Both the position numbers and the translations under genes were made by a program. 64,000 nucleotides of DNA from Gordius albopunctatus (Eukaryota), in assembly GCA_964276515.1 (NCBI GenBank), contig OZ193909.1, forward strand, positions 20,026,001 through 20,090,000, read 5' to 3'. The notes beneath the pieces are model-generated. The model did not search any database. It worked only from the letters and a program-made list of their open reading frames with translations, and was not told the DNA's origin. The stretch's first letter is position 1, and each line of letters opens with the position of its first letter. Positions 26,899 to 40,558 of the stretch are shown piece by piece.

Positions 26899-27491
26899 TA
26901 GAGATGCACCGATACCAAGTATCGGCATGGTATCGGCGCCGATACCTTGCCAAAAGAATCGGCCCGATACTTTGCTAGTATCGGCAATTACCAAGCCGAT
27001 ACCTTTTTCAATATGAAACTCAAAAAATAATATTTATAGTATCTCCTACCATTAAAAAATAGAGGACACACGTATATTTACTTTTTTATAAAATAAATTT
27101 ATGTATTAATAAAAAAAATATAAAGTGTACCATAATAAAATTTAAATTTCTTTTTTGATCTATTAATCACAATACTTTTGAATTAATTAATAACAAAATT
27201 TATTATTATAAATTAATATTATATTATAAATTATAATTACAATTGTTTTATCGTCAAAATTCTGATCTACCAAAATTTGGATGTGACTTAATTTATAATA
27301 TTTAATTTGCATATATTTTTTAGTATAAAATTTTTTTTATTATAAGTATCGGCATGGTATCGGTATCGGCAAAAAAATCTTAAGTATCGGCATGGTATCG
27401 GTATCGGCAAAAAAATCTTAAGTATCGGCTGGTATCGGTATCGGCAAAAAAATCTTAAGTATCGGCTGGTATCGGTATCGGTGCATCTCTA
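26899..27491. mobile_element. hAT MITE with GTATCGG subterminal arrays and a ~37-38-bp tandem repeat (27342-27480)
   Basis: TIRs TAGAGATGCACCGATAC...GTATCGGTGCATCTCTA; perfect 8-bp TSD CTTAAAAC. Confidence 0.93.
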
Positions 27492-29267
27492 CTTAAAACA
27501 GATGATAAAAGTGTCTTATAAACGAAATCCACAAACCAGTATGATACCAAACCAAGCTCATCAAATATAAGTGAACGAAGTAAGTTTGCCATAAAAACTA
27601 CCATAAATAAATAATTGTTAATAAACATTCGGTCCATTTATTTAAAAATTTCTATATTCTCCATGCCGCCTGCCCCAATAGGTTGGCGAAGAAGTCATAG
27701 TTAGCACTTTATAGTGGAGGTTGGACCTGCCGATGAAATAGTTTTAACGTCCTTCCGATTGATTTAATAGCAGGATAAGGATGGGCAAAGCTTATTATTA
27801 AAAGTCTTGGATTGATCAAAATAAAAAATCTTGTAATAGTTTACAAAAATGGCGATTGAAATCTAAACACACAAAACGACCTTTAAGGGAAGTGACGTTT
27901 AATTAGATTAAATCCAACTAAAACGTGAAACAAATTACGAATTTTTATATTGGCATATTGTTAGGGTTTCATTAATCCTGCTTTAAGAAGTTCAACATAT
28001 AAAAGAGGAAAACTGAAACACCAAACGTTTCCATGGCAATTTGTTACAAATCATATGAATAAGAATAGATGATAGATAGATAGATAGATAAGTATGTGTA
28101 CGTATTAAATAATGACAATTGTCGTCGAAACATAAAGTAGGTATAACACATATGATACTAGTGTTGCAACAACGCCTGGGTTTTAGTTTTGTTTAGTCGA
28201 CCTTGGGTTTTGGTCAACTGAACAGAAGCAGACCAGTGGTTTGATCAAAAAAACCTTTTGCCTGTTTATGTTTAGCCGGCTAAAATCAAAGGTTTGTACA
28301 AAAACAGAACCCAACTGTTTTTGCAACACTAGGGCGGATGCCTTCTTATATCTTGAAAAGTGAGTACGGGGCTAAAATTTAAAAATATATTCCATGTTAA
28401 TAAAGGCCATAATGTATAATAGCCAGCACGGAAGTGGACACTTAATTTCGAAAAAAAGTAGAACCACTATACACAAATTTCCGAGATTTTATCAATTTGT
28501 AAAAAACAATAATTTTAATATCATCTCGGGCAAATAGTGTACAATTTAGCCTCCCCTTTCAAACATCTTAACTTAGTGTCGGTAAAACGGGTGGGTTTCA
28601 ATTTTGTTTGGCCGACCTTTGCCTTTAGTCGAACCAACATAAACAGACCACAGGCTAATAGGGAATTAAGCGTTTATAAATAAATGAAATGAATACTACC
28701 GTTTAAATGAAAATAACTCTAAAAGAGTCGACAAAACTTACCAGAATATATATATGTATGTATGTATGTATGTAGAGTGTGAGAGCGAGAGAGCTAGAAA
28801 AAGTTTTTCAACAGCCAAAAGGGGTGAGTTTGGCGATGGGGGTCGTAGTCGAGCTCCAGCTTTTGCCAGCGGCTGGGTGGCCAAACTATGCAAGAAGCCC
28901 TGCTAGATATAAGTCCTATCGGGATCTAAGAAACATGCAGTAGTTAAAAAATTGTGATTTTGTTTCAAATATATACTTTGAAAGCGCGTTTCAAAGTAAT
29001 ACTTTGTTAAATAAATCTAATTCCAAAGGATCTTAAAAACTTATATAATAGTTGTTTTAAGTGATCCTAACGGCAGTGTCATTCAAAAAACAATCCTTTT
29101 TGAGAGTACGGCGACTTTTAGTAATAATACTTAGGCCGGCACACCACATTGACCCGTTTTAGTGTTGTAAAAACGGACTGAGTTTTGTTTGTGACCTTTG
29201 GTTCAACTAAGACCAACAATCGACTGTGGTATTTTTTTCCAATTTCGACTAAGCTCTGGGTCGAGTA

Positions 29268-30943
29268 GACCGGGGCTATAGCGTCTTCTCGATTATTTTT
29301 GTCATTTATGTTTATTAAGACCTCAAATTATAATCATAAATGTATTTTATTAAGGCACATGTTAGGCACAAAAAATATTTGGATTAACCTTTCTTACAAA
29401 AAAATTATGTAGAAAAAAAGGTTTTTCGGGGCTAAAACGTCCTTTTTTATTTTTTTGTATTTTGTAAATTATTTAAAAACTACTTATTCTGCCAACCTGA
29501 AATATATACCAAGGTATCAAGAAGTAACTCTTTTATTATATTTATATTCAAATATATTTTTTGACGAGTTGAATCATCTTAAGCACAACTTAAAGTTCAA
29601 TGATCATGCCGGGGCTATCGTTTCCTTTTCACTCATTCACTTTTTTAATTATGGTGCGTAATTACCACAGAAAAGCAAATATTGTTATTGATGATGAAAA
29701 GTTAGAAAAAGTTGTTACATCATTTCAAAACAACATTAAATTGAAAAGAATCGCGGAAGATACCAATTTAAGCTATAGCACTATAAAAAAATATTACAAA
29801 AATTACAAAAAAGGTGAAATTATAGGACCAAAAAAGAAGACAAGGGTAGTATTCAACAAAGACCAAGAAGAAATATTAGCTAATTACTTAGTAAAAGGTT
29901 CAAGATGTATTTGTCAGATCACAAAATAATTGCCTGATATGTGGCAAAGATTATACAAATCATCATAATAATGAAGACTGGTTCAGCTGTAGGAAATGCT
30001 CCCTCTGGGCTCATGGATCCTGCTGCAATTATGATATTTTCTATATTTGCATTAAATGTAAATCCTAACCATCTTTAATAATTACATGACATTTTGGATA
30101 CCAATAAAAGATTTAAATCAATGATTCTAGTCTAGCACAAAAATTTGATAAAGTAATTGATATGTAAAATTTTATAAGCTTTAATAGATTATGAACTTCT
30201 AATATTTTGACATTTTTAAGCATATAATATAAATTTGCATTATTTGTAAACCTTAACCTTGTTTAACAATTATTCATTTTAAATGATATTTGTGTAATAA
30301 GGCATATAAATCAATGATTCTAGCACAGAAATCTTAGAAAAGGCACTTATATGTTAAATCTCTATGAAAAGTTTTATATTAAAATATAAAAAACTTTTTA
30401 ATACTTTCACATAAAGCATATGCAATTATAAGTCATTAATTTTAACATAAAAACACATTAATCCTCTTATAAAATTATTATATCAAACTTTTTAAGCTTT
30501 AAAGTTTTTATAAACTTAATGTTTTGCAATTTAAACCATTCACTTAGTTTCATTAGGTAATAATTTAACAACAATCTCTGATAAATCACTCTTAAAGAAT
30601 ATTATCAACATTCATAAGTTACAAAAGATTATAAACATTAAAAAATTTGGTTATTTAGGCCTAGGTAATCATTGAGTTTTTAGTTTTGGAGCTTTTTATT
30701 AGAGGACGCGATAGCCCCTTCGAAAGGACGCGATAACCCCGGGTAGTTTTCGAAATTTATACGAGTTGTCTTTTTTTAAACCCGTATTACGAAAAATCTA
30801 TCAACTGTATTGCCATATTTTTTTTTCCTTTGAAAAACACTCTAGACACGAATATTTTTCTAAAAAAAGTATATGAAAATCGGGTAACAATTTTTGTCCA
30901 GACCTTTTTGAAAATTTTTGGTCGCGATAGCCCCGGTCTCCCC
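29268..30943 (+). mobile_element. pogo/Tigger-like (Tc1-mariner superfamily) deletion derivative inserted at TA inside a MITE (host ~29160-31002)
   Basis: TIRs GACCGGGGCTAT (left end clipped) / ATAGCCCCGGTCTCCCC-TA. ORF from 29651 MVRNYHRK...IAEDTNLSYSTIKKYY...VFNKDQEEILANYL is the N-terminal HTH/CENP-B-type region; no DDE domain seen. Confidence 0.8.
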
Positions 30944-33900
30944 TAAACATGAACAGACCAACACATAAGACAAAACCCAACCGTTTGTTTTTACAACAAT
31001 ACTATCCGCTTGAATTAAAGGTTGAGAGAGACACGGACGGTTCTCGTTTATTTTTCAAAATAAAATTAAACTTGAATAACTCCTTTTCCGATCGATTCCG
31101 TTTGGACGACGTGGTAAAAAATAAATTGTTTACTATGTCCAAAAATTTAATCAAATTACTGGCCCGAATACGTTGCTGTCGAAACTGTTGAGCTTGTTAT
31201 CTCCTTCGACCCAACAATGCCCGACGGGTACTTTAACAACGGGCTGTTTGTAGAGCGGAGTCCTGCATCGAGTAAAGAGAGAGGAAATATCAATTCTAAT
31301 CGAGCAAGTCACGTGGGCGTAGCCAAAGGGGGGGGGCCCTCTAAATCCAAAATTCGGTTGGAATTTATTAAAATTACGAGGCAAAATTTCTCGCTAAGCG
31401 ATCATTTCGCACCCCCCTAAATTATTATTGCCACCCAGTCGTTCTTACAACACCAGCCTAGACGCGGCAGCCAAATAATGGGGCGGCCCTGGCGTGCCCA
31501 TTAAATATACAAACCTGGATCACGCGCCTATTATTTAATTTGCAAGCCTTTCAGAGAATGTGTCTTTCTCAGCAAGTTATCATAAAATATACCCAAGCAC
31601 ACCCAAAAATCTCACAATCAATCCCAAGGAAAGTGAGACTTGAAAAATTGCAAATACTAAGCATTCACTATTCAAATGCCATCATAATACAGCTGTACTT
31701 TAATAGGGTATTCATCGTTATCACATAACTTCCTGCAGCTCCCACTCCCTCCGTATACGCATAAATTCCTAATCCTACCAACATATTCAACAACAAGAAG
31801 AGACCTTTGATGAAAAATCGTAAAATAAATTATTTCGTCCTCTATAACGAGCCGGCTATGCCCATGAATTTAAAGAGGCTAAGCCCGACGAGAGTAACGC
31901 TTACTGAATAATTTCGTTTTCCAAAGCTATCACGCGTTTGATGAGATTTTGTCGTGGGTTGTGAGGCGACCTTGGTTAAGTGAAACAGAGATGATACATC
32001 ATAGTAGTGGTGTGGTAAAAAGGGGTCTGGGTTTTGTTTTGTCGACCTTTGCTTTCGGGGCTGTTTTTATTAATCGAACCCCCGAGTTTAGTCGAAATTG
32101 GAAAAAGAGACCAAAGTCGATCGTTAGCATTAGTTGAAGCAAAGGTCGACCAAATATAACCTAGCCGTTTATACAAAATACTAATGCACAATTGGGCAAT
32201 ATTGATACACATAATATATATATCAATCATATCCTATAAATTTACATCAAAATCAGGTAAGGTTTTTGCCAAATCTGACATGCCAATTTTTAAGAAACCT
32301 ACATTTGGTGGGTGGTATTATACATAGCTAGGGGTAAAAAGCTTCCTAGAGCCCCTTGAACCAGGGGTCAAATTTGTTTAATTTTTTTTGGCCCGACCCC
32401 AGCCCGGTCCAATTTTATGTATAAAGCCGACCCACATGCCCTAATCATTAGAGCTGCTCAAACTGCCCAGCATGAAATAGTGATTTTTCCAAATTTTTAG
32501 TAGTAATTTTGTCGCAGTTCCCATAAAATTTTTTAATTTAAATCTAATTTTTACGGGGAAAAGAATTATGAAGAGTAAATATTAAACGATTAGTTAAAAA
32601 GGTGACAACAAAATGATGATGGACCAAGCCAAATTAATACAGCCGAGATCATGTTAGCCTGCCCGAAAATGTCCGACTCGACCCGTTAGCCGAACGGGCA
32701 AGATCGGCAGCGGGCCGGGGTTTTCTAGTCTCTGCCTCGGACACTCGTTACATTTTCAATTTGCTACAAAATTTTTAGCATAAAGTCGAGATAATTTACA
32801 TTCCTTTAGGGAACTAGTTATGTAAATAAAGATTTAATGTATAGATTATTCAATAAATTACTATCATATACAAACTATGGAAGATGTTAATCTAGTGGAA
32901 ACGGAATAATTTAAGATTAGAGAAGGTGCGCTCAACCTCGAGCATCTTAGAGTTTATGTTAAATAGCATAAAGTGTGAGTTGGTTAAATATATGCAAAAA
33001 TAATTCAATTTTTGGTGAGGATAACACGGGCCTTAAGAAGTTATAAACTTAATATAAATCTCGGAATATATCATAAAAATTATTATCTACCTTCTTAGGA
33101 TTAAATATTAGGAAAAATATATTGAATGCGATAAGATAAGGATTTATTTAAAGGATCTGAATTTAAGATTTTTGCACAACTGCTAGGTTACAAAAGTTGC
33201 CAAATTTAACATTCCAAAGCACTTTTCATTTACTGCTTTCTTTATGTGTACCTATTTTGAAATAAAATTACAACCATAACAACTTGCAAAATAAGATTAA
33301 TAATAGTTTTTAATCATAATTTCGTAGTTTTAAAAGATTAGGCGTTAAAATTACATGAGACAAACGGAAATTCACAGGGGTAATTTGCTTTAAAAACCAA
33401 TATAACATTAGCTAAACTACGTATTATACAAGTATGAGAAACAATATAAATTACAGGAAAAAAATAAAAAAATAAACCACTAAAAGATCGTCTGCGAAAT
33501 TTTCCACGAAAACTACCCCCAAAATTAAGTGAAAGAGAATGTTTTAATTCTGCAAATTCTAAAAACTACTGCCCCCCCCCCAGCAAATAAAATGATGTAT
33601 GTATAGATTAAATTTCCAAAAATACCATGGCGTTCGGGACATTTCCGGTGGAGGGATTAAAGGCAAAACACTAAAATAATCCCCAACCTAACGAACGAGA
33701 AACATGGGGACATTTGGATTTATTTGACACATCTATTCTTCAGCTATCATTCTATTCCTTTCAAGCCTTAGCCATCATGGGTGGTTTCAAGCCTTAGCCA
33801 TCATGGGTGGGTAAATCCAAAATTTTTTCAAAATTCAATATAATTATGGCAAATTTTTTTACAAATAATCATTTTGCCCCCCCCCTCCCCTGAATCCAAT

Positions 33901-34475
33901 CCTGGCTACGCCCGCGAGCGTTACTAGCATGAACCACTACGACACGCGAGCGTTAAAGGGTTAGTGATGTGTGTTTGTGCGCGTAGATAGATAGTGTATA
34001 ATATTAATATATAAATATATACTTTAAACATTCCAAAAATCGATATGTGATTTAACGAAGAAGCAAAAGATCCCCTTTACCTTGGATTATTGATAGTTGT
34101 TGTTGGGAAAAACAACAAAAATGCAATCAACGCTCCCCCCCCCCCAATTGTCCTTATTTGTTTCGGCTTAATGAATAACATCAATGTAGGAACTGGTTAA
34201 ATTCAGGCAACATATAAATGAATAGGACCTATCTAATATATCAACGTTTTGATTAAAATCCAATTCGATACCCTAAATTACGAAGCAATACCTTCACACT
34301 AAATTTGCGAAAGTATCATCAAGTAATTCGTAAATCCTTTAACCATTCTCGTCGCAAGACAACAATTTATCAAACGCTAGATACTAAACTCACCTTGATC
34401 CCAGTTATTCAACAAAATATCAAAAAAGAATTGCTATGAAAAGTCTAGAAACCAAGAGAGTTACAACGCTAGGCG

Positions 34476-37400
34476 ATGCTTAAATTCTTACGGCCAGCGG
34501 CCATATTGGCACTGATTATTGTTTGGTTCGAATCGACCGATCGTTTGGTATGTACGCGCGAACCGGTACAGCCACTGTATTCATCTGCAGCCAGCGTCGA
34601 GGAACTATGCCGCCCAAACGGGGGCTGTAAATGCGATTGCCTAAGGCCCGGCGCCGCTAACTTCGCGGTTCGAGCCCTTCGAGTCACGTGGCAGTTAAAT
34701 GTGGAATCCCTACTTACTAATTGTCAACTAAATGACGACTCTTTAAGGGTCAATTGCCGGGGCGCCAGCACTCCATTCAATCAGCTGATCGCGGCGGGCG
34801 AGGGGGGAAATATGAAATGGCTCGATTTGGGGGCTAACGGGGAGCTCGAAGGTCTGAGCCTAGCCCAATTGTCTTTCAAAATGGCGGCTTTGCCGGGCAA
34901 TTTGTTAATTTTAGACCTATCCAACAACGAGATAGCCGAAGGAGGGGCGGCGGGCGAGGGGGTGTCCCCGTTCAACCATTTCGAAAATCTCGTAGGCCTG
35001 CGTTTAAGCGGAAACCGGTTAACGGGCGGCGGCGGAGGATTACTCCGAGGACTCCGATCCCTAGAGGCACTCGACCTATCCCACAACCTCATGAATCACG
35101 TGACGGGCGGGGCCTTCGCCAACCTTGGCACCTTGAGGTGGCTAAATTTGGGGCGTAACTTCCTGACCCACGTAGACGCGAGGGGGTGGTTCTATCCGCC
35201 CTCGGCCTCACCCCCTCGCCTGGCTACCTTACTACTCGATTACAATGGGATAAAGGGTTTAGGACGTTGGGCCTTCGCAGGCTTACCCAAGCTCCAAGAA
35301 TTATCCTTGGCCTGTAAATTTTTGCCTACAAAACTGATAGCCCAACTCTTATCTAATATTTAAACGCTACTAAGGAGTTTTATTTCGACGCAAAAAAGGC
35401 AATTTAACGTCATTAGACTGGGAAATGGGTGTTGTTACTTAAGCGCGCGACATTTAATTATTCCAATATTAGCAAACAAACAATTTTCCCTTTGTAGTAT
35501 TATATGGTCCGTAATTGTATACACGGGCGTAGCCACCATGAGATTAGGGGGGGGAGGGCAAAATGATTATTTTTTAAAATTTTAATAAATTTCAACAAAT
35601 TTTTGGATTTAGAGGGGCAGCCGCCCCCCCCCGGCTACTCCCATGATGTAAGTACGGTATAAAATATTGCTAGATAACGATCTGGTAAAGTTGCGGGACG
35701 ACGAGGTCGGTTTGACGAATTTGCGAAGCTTAAATATCACGGGCAATAAGCTGGGTCACGTGCCGGCGATAGCCGTAAGAAAGATGACAAGTCTCAGGGA
35801 ATTAATCATGGACGACAACCCGATCAAAAGCGTGGAGAGGGGCGATATAGCCAACATGACGCACCTCATGGCTCTCAGTGTGAGCCATTGCCCAGAGCTG
35901 AGGATGGTGGACTATCAGGTTGTTGTAGTAGTGTTGGAAAACTGGCTGGCTGGGTTCGGTCCACCTTTGGTTCTCATTTTTAAATTTCGACTAAGCCTAA
36001 AAGTGGCCCAAGAAAAAGAGGCGAGAAAAACGTTCACGGTCTATTTATGTTTATTTTACTACCCAACCAATTGCAAGCAACACTAGGTTAATGGTTTGCT
36101 AAGAGATTAAATAAAGTCATAGGGGCAGCCAGGGCCCCCCTCTAAATCTAGAAATTCAATATATTTATGGCTAAAATTTGCTAGAAATTATCATCTTGCC
36201 CCTTCGTAAAACATTATTGCCGCCCCCTGAATTCTGTGTTCTCATCAAAACATCTAATCCAACTGATGTTCATTTTCTAAGAACTTATCTTTTTAGGTTA
36301 AGTCCTAACGACAAGCAAAAGAATAAAATATTTTTTAAATTAAATTATGAATTCTAAATTAAAATTGTTCAACAATTTTGGCGTTTTCCATACATGCTTC
36401 TTGGTTAATTAGGCGTTTAGCGGCTTGCCGAAACTGAAAATATTGCGGTTGCACGACAATCCGTCACTAGTCTACTTGGATCAGCACAGCTGGTACGACA
36501 CCGATCAGCTGATGATCATCCGTCTACAAAACGACGCGCTTTCGACGATTCCCACCCAAATTTTCAGCCTACCGGCGTTGAATGAGGTTTCCTTGTACGG
36601 CAACGCTCTGTATTGCGATGACTGCGCTTCCTCTCGTGCCATAGGATCAGCTGTTTGTAACTCTAATGATAGTAACGTGACCTATCCCGAGTCTGATAAA
36701 ATGATCTGCGCGGGACCGGGCGCCGCTTTCGGGCTCAAATTTTGCAGCCCGCGCACAGGCGCAGCGTCGTTTTGCGCTCCTAGGTAGCGCGCTATTTCTC
36801 TCATTTAAGCCTCACGGACTAAAAACATAATCCCGATTTGAATTACAAATTTTTTGGACAAAATCGTTTTAATTTTTTTTTCCGATGATTTAATCATTTT
36901 TAAATAATTTTTCAACCCGTCATTCACGAGAATAACAAAAAAATAATTTTTCGGTTTCAAAATATTTTTCATATTTCTCTTTGTTCAGCCCTCTGCAGTT
37001 ATACAAAATGAATTGTACATAAAATTATTGTTTAAAATACGGCCGACCATCATTTCGACCAAATTGAATACAAGTTTTCCTTCTAACAGGACAAACAACG
37101 TAAGCTTATCTCCAGTTAATAATAGGTTGTGAATTGATTTAAAAATGGCACTGTTACTTAAATTGATTCGTTACCCCGATCAACAGGATTATTTATCCGC
37201 CCGAACGCCGTCTTAATTTGACGCTGCCCGAAGGCGCTGGACCCGTTAAATTGGCCTGCCGAAGCGTCAACGCTGTAACGCCGCTCTGGACTCACAACCA
37301 GCTCGCGCGCTACAACGCCTCCACTTCAATTTTGTCTCGGGTAGGCTTTTTACCCAAAAGTTTTGCCGCTTTCTTTTAAACCGAGTGGTATATTTTCATT

Positions 37401-38637
37401 ATTTTGAAAATGGTATCTAAAAAGACGCTTAGGAGGAAATAAGGTCGCACATAGGGGTAAGGTTAGAGAACCGCACGGGTGACCCGAAACCCGACCCGGA
37501 GCCAATCCAATATCGGGTTGTTTTAAAATGTTTTGGGATCGGGTTGGAAAAAAGTAACTTTGCAGTTTTCTAGGTAAGGGTGATGAATTATAAAGTTGAT
37601 AACATAAGGAGCACGTAAACATTTAAAATGATGGAAAGATATTAGCTAACTAGCTCCAACAATTCCAAAATTTGGGTTAAAAATTTATTGTACTATATAA
37701 TTATTGTATCAGACTAAAGCCGGACGATTGTATGTGGATTCGCGGGGTGACTTGCACATAGCTTGGTTACAAACATCCGACGCCGGAGATTTCGTCTGTA
37801 GCGTTACCGGTGACGCTGTAACATATCGCGTCACAGTAGCGTCTCGGATGATCTACAACGTAACCGTGGTGAGCGCTTGGAGCACGCGCTTGACCATCAA
37901 AATAAGCTGGAATTTGACGCCCGAAGCGTGTAGAAAAGCTAAGCTAATGACTTGGTCGGTCGCGAGCGGTGCAAAGGGCGCTCAAGAATTAGCGCTTATG
38001 TTGGGAAGAGCGTCAACCCTGCTCGGACGCTTAGGCTCTAGCACCAACACTCGTATCTATAGCGTCACCAATTTGCGGCCCGATACCGCCTATAACGTAT
38101 GCTTGGAGGTAGAATTGTTAAAATTCGATTTTTTAAAACGTTCCATTCATGGGCGTAGCGACCAGCGAGCATTGCTATTAAAGGGGGTGGGGAACAATAA
38201 TGATCTAGGGAGAGGCAAAATTAACATTTTTTAAAAATTTTAGCCAAAAATTTAATAAATTTTGGATTTAAAGGGGGGCAGCCGCCCCTCTATCTCCCCC
38301 CCCCCCGGCTACGCCCATGTACCTAGACTACTTTACTATAATGCAGGTGGAAGATTGCCGTAGAGGTAGGGCGTCGTGCACGCTAGGGCGCACTTTAAGA
38401 GCGCCACGGCAACGATTAATAACGACGCAAGACAAACCCTTACGCCTCTTAACCGGGACGCTCATAGCAGGAGCGTCACTTTTAACGCTAATTTACGTGG
38501 TTAGATGCGCGACGCTAGTGCTAAAAAAGAAGCGCACCGCGCTCGGGCGTCATTTTAACAAGGTTAATCGCCACGCATACCAAACGCTCCAACCCACATA
38601 TTCGCGAGCTCCAGCGCAATTCTGTAGTCAAAAATAG
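34476..38637 (+). CDS. Type I membrane LRR-Ig-FN3 receptor (LRRN-like architecture), 6 exons, ~764 aa
   Basis: Exons 34476-35313, 35674-35918, 36413-36783, 37187-37340, 37713-38108, 38347-38637; GT-AG, phase-consistent (2295 nt). Signal peptide, LxxLxLxxN repeats, LRRCT (GNALYCDDC), Ig (LAC...W...DAGDFVC), FN3 (NLRPDTAYNVCL), TM LLTGTLIAGASLLTLIYVV. Confidence 0.9.
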
Positions 38638-39706
38638 CAGTATACTGCTCTCTTAGTTACTTATAAAACGCTTTAAAACATTCCGCCCCTTCATAGCAAC
38701 AATATAATAGATTACAGAGATCTCATTCCTTCATATGTATTTATTTTTACGCATTTATCTAATATATAAAATTCTTGTGTCACAGTGAGTAATAAATATA
38801 GTTTTTTATAGTAAGACATTATAAGAATTTATTAAACCAACACTAGCCCTAGACAAGTTAGAATAATTTTCCAATATAAATATAATTTAGATCAATTGGA
38901 GAATAGGACAATTTTAAACATTTTGTGTTAAAAAATATTATGGTAAATAAAAATATGTGAAGTATTATTTAACTTTACACTTATGTACAATAACAAAAAT
39001 AGCAGTTGTTAAACACTATTTGGATAAAACATGAGCAAAACTTTTATATGTGAAGTGTGACTGATATCACATAAATAATTTCAAACAATATTAAAAACTT
39101 TTTTTAAATTTCATTAAAATGTCTATATGAAATTATATTTAACAACTTGTTCAAAAAAATTTTAATAAAACTACTTACGTAAAAGCAACAATTGAACCTT
39201 TTTCTATATTGTAATTTCTGATTGTCCAACGATTAAGAAAAACAAAATCAGAATCAAGTATGCCTTCAGGAAAATCAGGATTTAGTGAAGGCTATTAATA
39301 TAAGTATACTTTTATTTAGAGATAAGTGTAATCATTTTATATTTACTCATATAATATATGTCTTAAGTACATTACAAAGCAAACATGTGTACAAACTTGC
39401 ATAGATGCTCCTTCAACCTTTGCAACATGGCCGAATATATCAGTTATAGTTACAGCGATAGGAAACGAATAAGCAAGTGTTTTAAGAAATCTAAATACTT
39501 TATAATAACCCTTAGACATCTATATTTAGTATAACTTTAGACCGCATTGAAAATTTAAAAATTTAGGTTTATGTCAAAATAAATAATCTCGAAGATAGAA
39601 CATTGTGATCACTTTGGTAAAGCCTAAAGCATAAAGAGATATTTGTTCAAAAACAATTATCTTTAAATATTTAATCCAGTAATAAAATAGCATAAAATTA
39701 TTCATA

Positions 39707-40390
39707 ATGGCTCGAAGCTATCCCGAGCAGGAATTTGGGACTTCATATGTCTGGGGAGGAGTTACGCATAGCCATAGGCCTCCGTCTCGGATACGACATA
39801 GTATCCCCTTTCGTATGCTATCTCTGCAAACAGCCAGTCCAACCCAAAGGTCATCATACTCTCCATTGCAAATACAGCAAAGGCCGCAACCCCAGGCACG
39901 CGGCGATCAACAAAATCATCGGCCAGTACCTTAGGAAGGCTGGCTACCCAGACACCTTGGAGCCCGTCGGCCTTAGGACCACAGATGGGAAAAGACCAGA
40001 CGGGGTCACACTCATCCCATGGTCCCGTGGACTGAATCTCACTTGGGACTTCACCACGGTCGACATATTCGCCCCTTCCAACTCCTCTCCCGACCTTATA
40101 GTCAGTGCAGAGAATAGGAAGACAGCAAAATATTCTTCCCTCGCGGACACAATATTTATTCCCGTAGTGGCAACCACAATTGGAAATTTAGGCGTTGAAG
40201 CTCTCGCTCTCCTGAAACAAATTGGAAAAGCGATCTCCAGCGTCTCCTTAGATTTGAAAGAGTACTTTTTTAACAGGCAAAAGATCACAATGGAAATCGT
40301 TAAATCCAACACGATATCCATACACGGATCAATGCCATCCGTTTAGTTATAGCGCGTTTTTATATTTTTTTAGTCGTATATGTAATTTTT
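39707..40390 (+). mobile_element. 5'-truncated CRE-clade non-LTR retrotransposon: intact zinc knuckle + restriction-like endonuclease 3' end
   Basis: Open frame WLEAIPSRNLG...RIAIGLRLG...CYLC...HTLHC...RHAAIN...DGKRPDGVTLIPW...WDFTTVD...AENRKTAKY, i.e. CCHC plus PD-(D/E)xK-type RLE typical of CRE. AATAAA at ~40403. Confidence 0.88.
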
Positions 40391-40558
40391 TGTATACCAT
40401 TTAATAAAGACTTACTTTATTAGGGAGATACTATGACTCAATCCTTAGAATAAATTTGGAATTAATAGGTTTGTGCAAAATAGTAATTGAATTAGCACAT
40501 TAAAATATTATCATCCAAAAAGCTTAAGTAGCTCATTTAGGTATATATAATAATATTA

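Noticed and set aside
27342..27480. Regular ~37-bp repeats superficially resembling a CRISPR array
   Set aside because: No unique spacers; they lie inside a MITE with TIRs and an 8-bp TSD in eukaryotic DNA.
27455..27637. Hydrophobic 60-aa minus-strand ORF
   Set aside because: Runs into the MITE, has no recognisable domain, and stops soon after even when the MITE is removed.
30949..31728. Cluster of 60-80-aa ORFs
   Set aside because: Partly MITE-derived; no consistent splice or phase model and no domain. Non-coding exons cannot be excluded.
34469..35092. Antisense ORFs overlapping the LRR gene (likewise those opposite the LINE ORFs)
   Set aside because: Shadow ORFs expected from GC-rich coding sequence on the other strand.
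36509..36530. CTGATGA hammerhead-like core
   Set aside because: Lies within an LRR coding exon with no flanking helices or properly placed GAAA.
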